64,000 nt of DNA from an uncultured delta proteobacterium. GTDB lineage: Bacteria; Myxococcota; UBA727; VGSZ01. Shown piece by piece: positions 11,699-26,166 of the stretch (within the stretch, counting starts at the first letter, position 1; every line of letters begins with the position of its first letter). The stretch covers positions 1,184,001 to 1,248,000 of the forward strand of contig CAVZJB010000016.1 of NCBI GenBank assembly GCA_963775425.1. Reading direction: 5' to 3'. The notes under the pieces were generated by a model. That model did not search any database and was not told the origin of the DNA. It saw nothing but the letters and a program-made list of their open reading frames with translations. The translations under genes were made by a program, and so were the position numbers.

Positions 11699-12370
11699 TC
11701 AGCCGAGGTGCCAGAAGAGCTCGACGGTTTCGGCGGCGAGGACGAGGAAGATCGCGAGCGCCGCCGCGCCGGCGAAGCGCTTCTCGAACGTCGCCTCGCG
11801 CGCCTTGGCCTCCTTCGTCTCGCGCAGCGCCGAAAACGTGCTCATCGCGAGCCACGCGCGCGCGGTGAAGCCCACCTGCGACAGCCACGTCACCGTCGCC
11901 AGCAGCGCCGCCAGCGCCGACGACGACGGTGACGACGATGACCACACCGCGCGCGCCACCGGCCACGCCAGGGCCACCGTCACGCCGCCCATGAGGACCC
12001 CGAGCGGCGCGACGATGCTCCGCGCCAGCCTCCGGGCCTCGCCTTCGCGGGCGAGCACGACGACGGCGAAGAGCGTGAGCGTGAGCGCCGCGAACAGCGC
12101 CGAGGTCGTCCAGTGCGCCGCCGCGAAGACGTCGCCGCCGGCCCAGAAGGCGGCCGCGCTGTTGGCCACGAGCGGGCCCGTCCTGCGCAGCGCGCCGAGG
12201 AAGCCCACGGGGTAGTCGGCTTGATCGAGGGCGATGACGAAGAGGGCGGTGATGCCGCCCGCGACGAACACGGGCACGAGCAGCACCGCGAGCAAGCCGC
12301 CCTGGTGGCCCTCGAGCCAGTGCCAGAGGCCGAGCGGCATGGTCGCCGCCACGAGCGCGAGGTGGAGCAT
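11699..12370 (-). CDS. Hypothetical integral membrane protein
   Basis: About 7 hydrophobic segments; ATG 12370 (MLHLALVAA) preferred over 12406. Confidence 0.7.
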   Translation of the reverse strand: MLHLALVAATMPLGLWHWLEGHQGGLLAVLLVPVFVAGGITALFVIALDQADYPVGFLGALRRTGPLVANSAAAFWAGGDVFAAAHWTTSALFAALTLTLFAVVVLAREGEARRLARSIVAPLGVLMGGVTVALAWPVARAVWSSSSPSSSALAALLATVTWLSQVGFTARAWLAMSTFSALRETKEAKAREATFEKRFAGAAALAIFLVLAAETVELFWHLG

Positions 12371-12451
12371 GCGAACGACGACGTAGGCGGCGCCACCACG
12401 GGGCATCCCCCATGGTGGCGCCCCCGCGCGGCGGCGGGCAAGCCCGCCCGG

Positions 12452-12920
12452 TCACGGGACGAGGACGGTCGCGGTGCAGGTGGTGTCGAGGACGAGGGTG
12501 GAGCCGCCGACGGCGCCGTCTGCGCCCGTCGATGCGCGGCGCCGCGCTCGCGAGCGTCCCGCCGCCCGCGGCGCCGAGGCTCGCGAGCACGCTCGACACC
12601 GAGATCGACGACGCGCCGTCGACGTCGATGTCCACGGGCTCGGGCACGGACAGCGGCGCCGACACCCGCTCGAGGTCCACGCCGTCCTCGTCGGTCTGCG
12701 CGGAGCCGACGTACACGAAGGCGCTCGCCGGCAGCGCCGTGCTCCCGTCGACGTCGCCGAGGGTGAACGTCTGCCGCCCGCCGCCCCCGCCGCCGAGGAG
12801 GCTCGAGCCGCCGAGGCCGCCACCGCCGCCGCCGCCGCCGAGCGCGGAGAGCCCGCCGAGCGCGTCCACGAGCGTCACGATCGACGGGTCGCCGCCGAGC
12901 TGACCAGGGAGCTCCGCGAG
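12452..12920 (-). pseudogene. Frameshifted, 5'-truncated gene fragment (Gly-rich, beta-strand-like)
   Basis: Coding-like frame LAELPGQLGGDPSIVTLVDALGG...TLASAAPRIDG shifts by one base near 12525 (gac ggg cgc a vs gac ggc gca) into ADGAVGGSTLVLDTTCTATVLVP*; no convincing start. Confidence 0.45.
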
Positions 12921-12972
12921 CGCGCGCAGCGCGGGGGGCCCGGCGGGCCGGCTGTTCCGCGCGCGCCAGCCG

Positions 12973-14388
12973 CTAAAACCGATACGTCCACCCGACGGCG
13001 AGGGCGTGGACGACGCCGCTCGAGGTCCAATTGCCGATCGCGTCCCGCGGGTTGGTCTTGGTCGCCGTGCGCGGCTCCAGGATCTGCGCCTGGTAGGCGA
13101 GGTCGAGCGTCACCGGGCGCGCGAACACGTGCGGCATCTTGAAGGTGGTGGCGAAGCCGGCGGTGACGACGTGGGTGTTGTTGTCGATGATGTTGGTGCC
13201 GCTCGTCTGATCGGGCACCGGCGTGGGCCGGTATTGGTACCCCGCGCGCAGCGCGAGCACGCCCTTGAACAAACGGTACTCGAGCCCGGCGCGCCAGTTG
13301 ATGGTGTCGACGAAGCCCGAGCTCGCGGGCACGCGGTCCTGCCCCGCCGCGGGCGCGTCGAGGGCGCCGCCGAGGCCGAGGGCGTCGACGCCGTCGCCGC
13401 TGATCTTGACCGTGGTGACGACGAGGGGCGGCGGCGCTTCGCTCCAGAACGCGTACTGCGCGTCGAACGACAGCGTGAGGTCCTTGACGATCTCGAACGA
13501 CAGGCCCGGCGACACCGTACGCGGCTCGAAGTTCGCGAGCACCACGACGTCGAGGACGGCGTCGATGCCCGCGCCGTCGATGGCGAGCGCCGCCGGCAAG
13601 GACACGTCGAAGGAGGTCTTGTCGCGGTACACGAGCCCCGCCGACACCAGGAAGTCGTCGACGCCGAGCGGGCCGACGAGGAGCCCCGCGGTCAACGACG
13701 CCGTGGGGAACTGGAAGGTGTCCGCGCTCTGCTCCGTGAGGCGGCCGCGCACGGGGTCGACGGCGAGATCGATGTTGCCGCCCTGCCCCGCCGCGAGGCG
13801 AAGGCCGACGCCCGCGAAGAGCCAGTCGGTGATGCGCGCGCCGGCGCCGATGGAGAGGTCGTAGTGATCGGTGTAGCTGTCGTAGGTGTAGAAGAACGGG
13901 CGCTGCGGGTCGTAGGCGCGGGCGCGCACGAGCACGTTGGTGGGGAAGTAGCCGACGGCGCCGACGAAGAGGCGGTCCTCGAAGACGAGGTCGATGGGGA
14001 TGGTGAACGCGAGCTGGTAGCCCGCCACCGGCGCGGACACGGCCGGCGCGAGCCCCTTGTCGGCGGGCTGGCCCTTGTCGAGCTCGACGTCGAGCACCGG
14101 CGTGTCGAGAGAGAACGCGGCCTCGAACGCGAGCGCGCCGTGCGCGCGGCCGAGCGCCGCCGGGTTCGTGTGCGCTGCGGCGACGTCGTCGACGGAGTCG
14201 CCCGCGTTGCCCATGGCGCGCATGCGCGGGTCGGGCCCGTAGGTCTCGAGCGTGCCGTTGGCGCGCACCGCCGACGACGAAAACAGCGCGGCCGCGACCC
14301 CCAGCAAGGCCGCGCTCCACGCGCGGCTCGCGCGCGCGCGGCAGGCAGGCCCCCGCGCGGCGCCGAGCGAGGGCGCCGGCGCCTTCAT
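12973..14388 (-). CDS. OmpP1/FadL-family outer membrane beta-barrel transporter
   Basis: Signal peptide, 'AMGNAG...HTNPAAL' FadL hatch motif, 'LRAGYQYRPTPVP', C-terminal YRF; ATGA overlap with the upstream gene. Confidence 0.88.
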   Translation of the reverse strand: MKAPAPSLGAARGPACRARASRAWSAALLGVAAALFSSSAVRANGTLETYGPDPRMRAMGNAGDSVDDVAAAHTNPAALGRAHGALAFEAAFSLDTPVLDVELDKGQPADKGLAPAVSAPVAGYQLAFTIPIDLVFEDRLFVGAVGYFPTNVLVRARAYDPQRPFFYTYDSYTDHYDLSIGAGARITDWLFAGVGLRLAAGQGGNIDLAVDPVRGRLTEQSADTFQFPTASLTAGLLVGPLGVDDFLVSAGLVYRDKTSFDVSLPAALAIDGAGIDAVLDVVVLANFEPRTVSPGLSFEIVKDLTLSFDAQYAFWSEAPPPLVVTTVKISGDGVDALGLGGALDAPAAGQDRVPASSGFVDTINWRAGLEYRLFKGVLALRAGYQYRPTPVPDQTSGTNIIDNNTHVVTAGFATTFKMPHVFARPVTLDLAYQAQILEPRTATKTNPRDAIGNWTSSGVVHALAVGWTYRF

Positions 14389-15626
14389 GGGGCGAAGTCG
14401 GCGGCGTGGCACGAGGCCACGGCGTCCTTCAGGTGCGCGACCTCGGCGACGACGCCCTTGCCCTGGAGGTCGAGGAGCGCTTTCACGCCGGCCGGGGCGG
14501 CGTCGGCGTCGATGAGCTTGGCGAAGACGGCGGCGCTGTCACGCGCGAGGTCCGGCTCGGGCTCGAGCGCGCCCATGAGGTCGACGACGGCGAGGCGCAG
14601 GTCGCCGCCGCCTTCGCCGCCGGCGGCGCCGGTGACGTCCGTGAGGAACGTGTCGACGCTCAGCTCGGGGATGGTGAGCCAGTCGTAGATCATCCCCGGG
14701 AGGGCGGCGTCGCTGTCGGCGTGGTTCACGCAGGCCATCGCGATCTGCGTGTCGGGGAAGACGTCGGCTGCGGGATCCGTGATGAGCAGGATGACGTCGA
14801 GCAGGTGGTCCACCTTGGCGCGGGCGTCGTCGCCGTTGACGCGGGAGACGATGACGTCGTCGAGGAGGGTGCGGGTATAGGCGGGGTCGAAGTCGGGCGC
14901 CGACAGGTTGGCGGCCAGCAGCTTGGCCACGAGCTCGAACGCGTCCTTGCCGATGTGGATGGAGCCGCGCTCGCCCTGGCCGTCGTCGAGCTGGATCTGC
15001 TGGAGCACCGCGAGCACCTCCGGATCGTCGAGGGCGACCTGGGCGGCGTCGAGCACCGCGCTGAGCCACGCCTGGTCACCGGTGCCGCCCGCCGCGAGGA
15101 CGAGCTTGCCGTCGGGGCCGGTGGTGACCTCGAGCTGCAAGAGGGCGCGCAGCACGGCGACGGTCTGCGCGGCGTCGCACTGGGAGAACACCGCGTGCAG
15201 CGCGGCCACCGGCTCCGGGTGGGCGCCGGGGACGTACGGGCTCGAGCCGTCGACGTACCGGAGCACGTCGACGACGTGGGGCGTGAGGTCGCCGAGGCCG
15301 TTTTGCGGGTCGAGGCCGGAGAACAGGCGGCGGAACGCGGTGGCGTCCGTGTTGTCGAGGATCACCGACGCCGCGCGCAGCAACACGCGCAGCCCGCCTT
15401 CATCGACGAGGACGCGCGTGAGCACCGGCCTGAGCGCGTGCAGCGACGGCGAGTCGAGCGCGGCCTTGGTGTGCGCGAGCGCGTCGTCCGCCGAGGGGCA
15501 GCCGGTGTCCTCGTTCGCCCCGATGGTGTGCGGCGCCTCGACGCCGACGCCGCCGCAGCCCCCTGCGCCGGCGCCGGCCACGACGGCGGCGAGCGCGGCG
15601 AGGGTGACGGCGGTTGCCGAGCGCAT
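14385..15626 (-). CDS. Hypothetical alpha-helical lipoprotein
   Basis: MRSATAVTLAALAAVVAGAGAGGC signal/lipobox-like N-terminus, 413 aa, translationally coupled to the FadL-like gene. Confidence 0.75.
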   Translation of the reverse strand: MRSATAVTLAALAAVVAGAGAGGCGGVGVEAPHTIGANEDTGCPSADDALAHTKAALDSPSLHALRPVLTRVLVDEGGLRVLLRAASVILDNTDATAFRRLFSGLDPQNGLGDLTPHVVDVLRYVDGSSPYVPGAHPEPVAALHAVFSQCDAAQTVAVLRALLQLEVTTGPDGKLVLAAGGTGDQAWLSAVLDAAQVALDDPEVLAVLQQIQLDDGQGERGSIHIGKDAFELVAKLLAANLSAPDFDPAYTRTLLDDVIVSRVNGDDARAKVDHLLDVILLITDPAADVFPDTQIAMACVNHADSDAALPGMIYDWLTIPELSVDTFLTDVTGAAGGEGGGDLRLAVVDLMGALEPEPDLARDSAAVFAKLIDADAAPAGVKALLDLQGKGVVAEVAHLKDAVASCHAADFAP

Positions 15627-15712
15627 CCGCCGATCCCTTCCACAACCGCGCGGGCATTCCAATCGGAAGACCACGGGCGACGGGGCCGCGGGCGCCAGGA
15701 CACCTGCCGGAT

Positions 15713-15772
15713 CAGCGACCGGAGGGAGCGGCCGCGCTTGAGCAGCGACCGGAGGGAGCGGCCGCCCTTGAT
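15713..15772. repeat. Two tandem 30-bp copies of a REP-like motif (core CGACCGGAGGGAGCGGCCGC)
   Basis: cagcgaccggagggagcggccgc(g/c)cttga x2; the same 20-bp core recurs at 39166-39185. Confidence 0.8.
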
Positions 15773-15779
15773 CGCGCCG

Positions 15780-17164
15780 CTATCGCAGCTTGCTGGTGAG
15801 CGTGTAGAGCTTCTTCGGGGGCAGCTCGACGGTCTGCACCTCGGTGTGGCCGCGGCTCTTGATGGAGATGTTCCAGGTGCCGGCGGGCAGGCGGTAGGGG
15901 TCGCGCTGCGCGCTGCGCGGCAGCTCGGTGCCGTCGACCTTGATGAGCGCGCGGCGCGGCGCCTTGATGAAGAGCCCCGCGTTCATCTGCTTGCAGTCGA
16001 GGACGATCTTCTGCTCGCCCTCGGCCTTTCCGTCGGAGAGCAACTGCACCGTGCGCGGCGCGCAACCCGGGCGCGTGATGCGCAGGGCGACGGCCTTCTT
16101 TGTGCCCGCGGTGACGACGACCTTTCCGCCCTGGTCGCGGCCGGGGCCGTCGATGAGCGCGTCGGCAGGCTCGGTGGTGACGGTCCACGCCGTGTACGAC
16201 GTGGGCAGCTCGTAGCGCCAGACGGGCTCGACGTCGACGGTGCGGTTGACCTCGAACGGCTCGAAGCCCTCGTGCGTCATCTTGAGCCGCACGCTTGCGC
16301 CCACGGTCAGCCTGGGCAGCGTCATGGGCGTGAGCCCCGGTAGCGGGTGATCGTCGAGGGAGACGGCGGCGCCCGGCGGCGACGTCTCGAGGCGCAGGTC
16401 CTCGCGCGGGCGCTCGAGCGCGACCTCGATGGGGGGCGTCCCGGACGCCTTCACCTCCACGGTGCGCGCCAGCTCCTCGGCGCCGGGCGCCTTGAAGCGG
16501 ATGTCGTGCTTGCCGGGCTCGAGCAGCACGGCGCACGGCGTCTGCGCGCACAGGACCGTGTCGCCGAGCCGCACCTCGGTCTGACGCGGGGTGGCCACGA
16601 ACATCACCGTCGTCGCCGTCGACTGCGCGGCGAGCCAGCCGATGCCCACGATGCCCGCGCCGATGACGACGCCGAGCAGCGCAGCGATGACGATGGGCCC
16701 CGTGGCGGGCCGCTGCGGGTACAACGGTTGCGCGCGCGGCAGCACGCCGCTGCTGCTGCGCTCGCGCGCGCGAGGCGCCGAGCGCTCCACGGTGTGCGGC
16801 GCCGGCGGCGGCGCCAACAGCGACGAGGACGACGGCGACGACGGCGGCGGCGGCGGCGGACGGGAGCCGCTCGCGCTCACCACGCGCATGCGCTTGGGCA
16901 TCTCGTCGCGCGCGACGATGGGCGGCGGATCGCGGCCGTCGTCGCGCAGCTCCTGCGGCGCCTCGGGATCGATCTGCGTCTCGTCGAAGCTGCGCACCTT
17001 CCCGGAGCTGCGCCGGGCGCTGCCGTTCTTGGACGACGTCTCCTGCCACGGATCGGGCGGCTCGATGACGGAGGTCGGCAGCGCGGAGCCGAGGGCGCTC
17101 GCCTCCGCGCTCGCGTCGATCTCGTCGTCGTCGATCTCGGAGCCGCCCCCCGGCATGGACGCCA

Positions 17165-17168
<4 letters not shown>
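15780..17168 (-). CDS. C-terminal half of a Ser/Thr kinase: linker, one TM helix and PEGA-type repeats
   Basis: TM 'IVIAALLGVVIGAGIVGIGWL'; PEGA-like 'ETSPPGAAVSLDD..GLTP' and 'QTPCAVLLEPGKH'. Separated from the kinase ORF by a one-base shift at about 17178. Confidence 0.8.
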
Positions 17169-18472
<1,304 letters not shown>

Positions 18473-18571
18473 GTCGGTGTGACGCTAGCACGCCACCCCC
18501 CGCGCGCGCGCCGGGGGGGCCGGTTCGGGTCCCGGCTGCCGCCGCACCGGGGTCCGTGCTAACGGTGCGCC

Positions 18572-18835
18572 ATGACCGAACTGCGCTTCGAGGACATCGT
18601 CGAGATCTACGGGGCCGCGAGCTCCCTCGAGTCGGACCGCATCGTGCTGCTGCTCGCCGACGAGGGCGTGGAGGCGATCGCGCGCGCGGCGTCGATGTCG
18701 TCGAGCTTCCCCTCGCCGGCCGAAGCGCACTACCTCGTGTGCGTGCGCGAGGCGGACAAGGAGAAGGCGCACGCACTCATCGAGGCCGCCCGCCGCGACG
18801 GCGTCATCACCGAGAGCGGCGCGTTCCTCGGTTGA
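18572..18835 (+). CDS. DUF2007-like small protein
   Basis: 87 aa; 'ESDRIVLLLADEGVEA...VCVREADKEKAHALI' pattern. Confidence 0.75.
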   Translation: MTELRFEDIVEIYGAASSLESDRIVLLLADEGVEAIARAASMSSSFPSPAEAHYLVCVREADKEKAHALIEAARRDGVITESGAFLG

Positions 18836-18867
18836 TGGCCCCGGGTTGACGAGCCCGGGTTGACGGG
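18830..18867. repeat. Three GGTTGA direct repeats at 14-bp spacing
   Basis: ggttga at 18830, 18844 and 18858; two copies read cccgggttgacg. Confidence 0.6.
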
Positions 18868-18957
18868 CGCCGGCTGCGCGCCTGCGGAATGTTGCCCCGG
18901 GGGGGTTGCGCACGGTCGGATCAGCGGGGACCGTGGGGGACCGTTTTGGAGGTCCTC

Positions 18958-21633
18958 GTGCTGCGTTCGCTCACCGTTGTCCCCTTTGCCGCATGCCTGG
19001 TCATTGCGGTCTGCAACTGCGGGAGCCCCGAAGTCTGCAACGACAACGTCGACAACGACGGCGACGGAAAGACCGATTGCGACGACGCCGACTGCCTCGA
19101 CGACGCCGCCTGCCAACCCGGCGAGGGCGAGGGTGAAGGCGAGGGTGAGGGCGAGGGAGAAGGCGAAGGCGAAGGCGAGGGCGAGGGCGAAGGCGAAGAC
19201 TTCGAGCTCACCTGCGACGACGGCATCGACAACGACCACGACGGCCTCACCGACTGCGAGGACGACGACTGCACCTTCGACGCCGCCTGCATCGAGCCCG
19301 AGACCGACTGCAACAACTTCGCCGACGACGACTTCAACGGCCTGTTCGACTGCCTGAACGAGCCCAACTGCATCGACAACGGCCAGTGCGTCCCCGGCGA
19401 CACCGCCGTCGGCGGCGCGTGCAGCACCCAGCTCGACTGCCAGGCCGACAACAACGACCCGGCCTGTCTCCTCGACGCCGGCTTCGAGGGCGGCTACTGC
19501 AGCGAGTACTGCACCGACGACAGCGGCTGCAGCAACGGCACCGGGCACTGCATCTCCTTCCCTGATCCCACGGACTTCTTCGGCACCGCCACCGTCGGCC
19601 TGTGCTTCGCCGCCTGCGACGTCGACGGCGACTGCCGTGACGCCACGCAGATCTGCGACACCCTCGGGGCGCGCACCAACAACCAGAAGGTCTGCCTGCC
19701 CGCCCCCGTCTGCGGCAACGGCACCTTCGAGATCCGTGAGGAGTGCGACGACGGCAACCTCGACGACGGCGACGGCTGCAGCTCCACCTGCACACTCGAG
19801 GCCTGCCTGGACCAGAGCTTCGACGCCGTGAACATCGGGCCGAACGCCGGCGACTTCACCGGCGTCACGCTCGACGACTTCGTCGGCAGTTGCGAGGGCG
19901 GCAGCGGCACGCTCGACGTGGTGTCGACGTTCACGCCGCCGGGCCCGGGGACGCTCTTCGCCCGCGCGCGCGACACGCAGTCCCGCGACCTCACCGTCTA
20001 CGTGCGCGGCGACTGCGCCGACGTCAACAGCGAGAAGGCGTGCGCCGTGGCCGCGCCCGCGTCGGCCGCCATCGACAGCGACTCCTTCGTCATCGTCAGC
20101 AGCGGGACCGGGCCGTACAACCTCGACCTCGTCTTCAAGGACACCACCTGCGGCGACGGCCTCGTCGGCGCCGGCGAGATCTGCGACGGCCTCGACGTCG
20201 GCGGCGCCCGCTGCAGCGACACCCAGCCCGGCACCATCGGCACCGTGCGGTGCGACGCCTGCACCGGCCTCGACGACTCCGGCTGCGTGGCCCCCATCGT
20301 CAACGAGGGCGCCGCCAACGACACGCCGCCCGACTCCGTAGACGTCTACAGCGACCCGTACGTCGGCACGCTCGACGTCGACGGCGACCACGACTGCGTC
20401 TCGTTCGACGCCGGCGCGGGCGATCTCATCTCGGCCCACGTCGAGGACACCGGCGACGGCGCGTGCGGCGCGTTCACGCTGGATCCCGACATGGACATCT
20501 TCGACACCGACGGCACCACGTCGTTGGCGCACGACTTCGGCTGCAACTTCGACATCACCGCCACGGCCGCCGCGGACGGCACCTACTTCGCCTGCGTCGA
20601 AAACGACGGCGGCTTCTCCACCGGCAGCACCTACCGGCTCGTGGTCACGGTCAGCCAGTCCTCCTGCGGCAACGGCGTCGCCGAGGGCGCCGAGGAGTGC
20701 GACATCTTCGACTTCCCGTCGGGCGAGCGCTGCGGCGCCGTCGACATCGACACCTTCGGCAACTCCACCTGCGCCGGCGACTGCACCCTCGACAGGTCGG
20801 GTTGCTCGCAGATCGACTACACGGAGGTGGAGCCCAACGAGACGCCGGCCGCGGCCAACGACTTCAGCGCGCCCTTCGCCGGCAAGATCGACTCCGACAC
20901 CGACGTCGACTGCGTGAGCATCGCCGCCACCGCGGGCGAGCACCTGCGTGCGCGGACCACGGACTTCGGCGACGGCGCCTGCGCGGCCAACGCCGAGGAC
21001 ACCAAGCTCGAGATCTTCGACACCGACGGCACCACCAGCCTCGGCACCAACGACGACGCGGGCGGCAACCGTTGCTCGGAGCTCGAGCAGCCCATCGCGG
21101 CCGACGGCACCTACTTCGTGTGCGTCACCAAGTTCACCGGCGCCACCAACTTCGCCTACCAGCTCGAGCTCGACCTGCTCGAGCCGGGCTGCGGCGGCGG
21201 GTTCGTCGACGGCACCGAGGAGTGCGACGACGGCAACAACGACAACGGCGACGGCTGCACCAGCGACTGCCGCCTCGAGGAGTGCCTCACGCCGCTTCAG
21301 GCCAACACCGGCGTGAACGACGGCGTCATCGCCGCCCTCGACGGCGTCGAGAACAGTTGCTCGGGCGCCGCGCGCTCGTTCGAGCAGGTCTGGGAGCTCA
21401 CGCCCGACACCGACGGCACGGTGACGGTCACGGCTGCCTCCACCCTCGACCTCACGCTGGGCATCCGCTCCACCTGCGGCGACGACGGCTCCGAGACCTC
21501 GTGCACGGACGTCGGCTTCAGCGGAGACCCCGAGAGCAAGACGGTGACCACCACGGCGGGGACGCCGTTGTTCATCGTCGTGGAGCCGTTCTTCGCGGGC
21601 GACACCGGCAACTACACGCTCACGATCAACTGA
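18958..21633 (+). CDS. Large Cys/Asp-rich lipoprotein with (GE)13, myxococcal Cys-rich (DUF4215-like) repeats and PPC-like beta domains
   Basis: GGAGG RBS before GTG 18958; signal ending VCNC; CxDGIDNDxDGxTDCxDxDC repeats; CGNG..EECDDGN..DGDGCS repeats; 'EVEPNETPAAAN...DSDTDVDC' PPC-like units; 891 aa. Confidence 0.87.
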   Translation: MLRSLTVVPFAACLVIAVCNCGSPEVCNDNVDNDGDGKTDCDDADCLDDAACQPGEGEGEGEGEGEGEGEGEGEGEGEGEDFELTCDDGIDNDHDGLTDCEDDDCTFDAACIEPETDCNNFADDDFNGLFDCLNEPNCIDNGQCVPGDTAVGGACSTQLDCQADNNDPACLLDAGFEGGYCSEYCTDDSGCSNGTGHCISFPDPTDFFGTATVGLCFAACDVDGDCRDATQICDTLGARTNNQKVCLPAPVCGNGTFEIREECDDGNLDDGDGCSSTCTLEACLDQSFDAVNIGPNAGDFTGVTLDDFVGSCEGGSGTLDVVSTFTPPGPGTLFARARDTQSRDLTVYVRGDCADVNSEKACAVAAPASAAIDSDSFVIVSSGTGPYNLDLVFKDTTCGDGLVGAGEICDGLDVGGARCSDTQPGTIGTVRCDACTGLDDSGCVAPIVNEGAANDTPPDSVDVYSDPYVGTLDVDGDHDCVSFDAGAGDLISAHVEDTGDGACGAFTLDPDMDIFDTDGTTSLAHDFGCNFDITATAAADGTYFACVENDGGFSTGSTYRLVVTVSQSSCGNGVAEGAEECDIFDFPSGERCGAVDIDTFGNSTCAGDCTLDRSGCSQIDYTEVEPNETPAAANDFSAPFAGKIDSDTDVDCVSIAATAGEHLRARTTDFGDGACAANAEDTKLEIFDTDGTTSLGTNDDAGGNRCSELEQPIAADGTYFVCVTKFTGATNFAYQLELDLLEPGCGGGFVDGTEECDDGNNDNGDGCTSDCRLEECLTPLQANTGVNDGVIAALDGVENSCSGAARSFEQVWELTPDTDGTVTVTAASTLDLTLGIRSTCGDDGSETSCTDVGFSGDPESKTVTTTAGTPLFIVVEPFFAGDTGNYTLTIN

Positions 21634-21767
21634 TCCCCCCGCGCGCGCTCCTTCGCTCGGCTCGGTCCGACCGCGCCGGGCGCGGCGCGGGTGTCGGCGG
21701 CGGCCGCGCGCGCCCCACCCTGCCCGGCGCCCCTTGCGCGCTCCGTCTGCCTCGCTAACTCGGGGGC

Positions 21768-25424
<3,657 letters not shown>

Positions 25425-25449
25425 GCCGCGCCGGGCGCTACACTGCGTC

Positions 25450-26166
25450 GTGCTCGTCGCCCTCGCCCTCGCCCTCGCCGCCGCGTCCCCGCAGGACACG
25501 GCGCCGCGAGACAGCGCCCCGCAACGCGAGGCCCTCGCCGAGGGCGTGGCGCTCTACGACTCGCTCGAGTTCGAGAAGGCCGTGGTCTCGTTCCAGAAGA
25601 TCGTCCTCGACGACGCCACCCCGAAGCAGACCCGCGCCGCGGCGTTCGTGTGGCTCGGCCTGTCCTACGGGCAGCTCGGCGACACCGACGCGGCCCGCCA
25701 ATTCTTCAAGCGTGCCGTCGAGACCGACGCTTCGGTGCCCGTGCCGGACAACGCGCCGCCGGCGCTCACCCGGATGCTCGAGACCGCGCGCGCCGACGCC
25801 GCAGCCAAGGTCCGCGCGGCACGGCAGGAGGAGCGCAAGCGAGCCGCGGCGGCCGGGACCGGCGCTGCGCTGCCGGGCGGCGGCGCACCCGAGACCGGTA
25901 GCCGGCCGGCGGCGGGGGGCGCGGGTGGTCCGGGCATCGCGGTCGTCGGCTCGGGCGTGGGCGCGGGCGTCCTCGCCGTCGCCGCCCTCGGCTTCGGCGG
26001 CTTCGGCCTTCAGCAACTCTCGGTCGCGTACGACTTGAGCGTCCCCGCCAAGCCCGCGCTCGCCGCGTACGACACCGCCGTCGCCTGCGGCGTGGTCGCC
26101 GGCGTGCTCGGCGGCGCCGCGGCCGTGGCCGGCGGCCTCGCGGCTACCTTCCTGGCGCTCGAGTAG
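25450..26166 (+). CDS. Exported TPR-like protein with C-terminal hydrophobic hairpin
   Basis: Signal peptide, TPR-like 'WLGLSYGQLGDTDAARQFFKRAV', two Gly/Ala-rich hydrophobic segments. Confidence 0.75.
   Translation: MLVALALALAAASPQDTAPRDSAPQREALAEGVALYDSLEFEKAVVSFQKIVLDDATPKQTRAAAFVWLGLSYGQLGDTDAARQFFKRAVETDASVPVPDNAPPALTRMLETARADAAAKVRAARQEERKRAAAAGTGAALPGGGAPETGSRPAAGGAGGPGIAVVGSGVGAGVLAVAALGFGGFGLQQLSVAYDLSVPAKPALAAYDTAVACGVVAGVLGGAAAVAGGLAATFLALE

Noticed and set aside
15713-15772. Possible mini-CRISPR
   Set aside because: Only two adjacent 30-bp units, no spacer.
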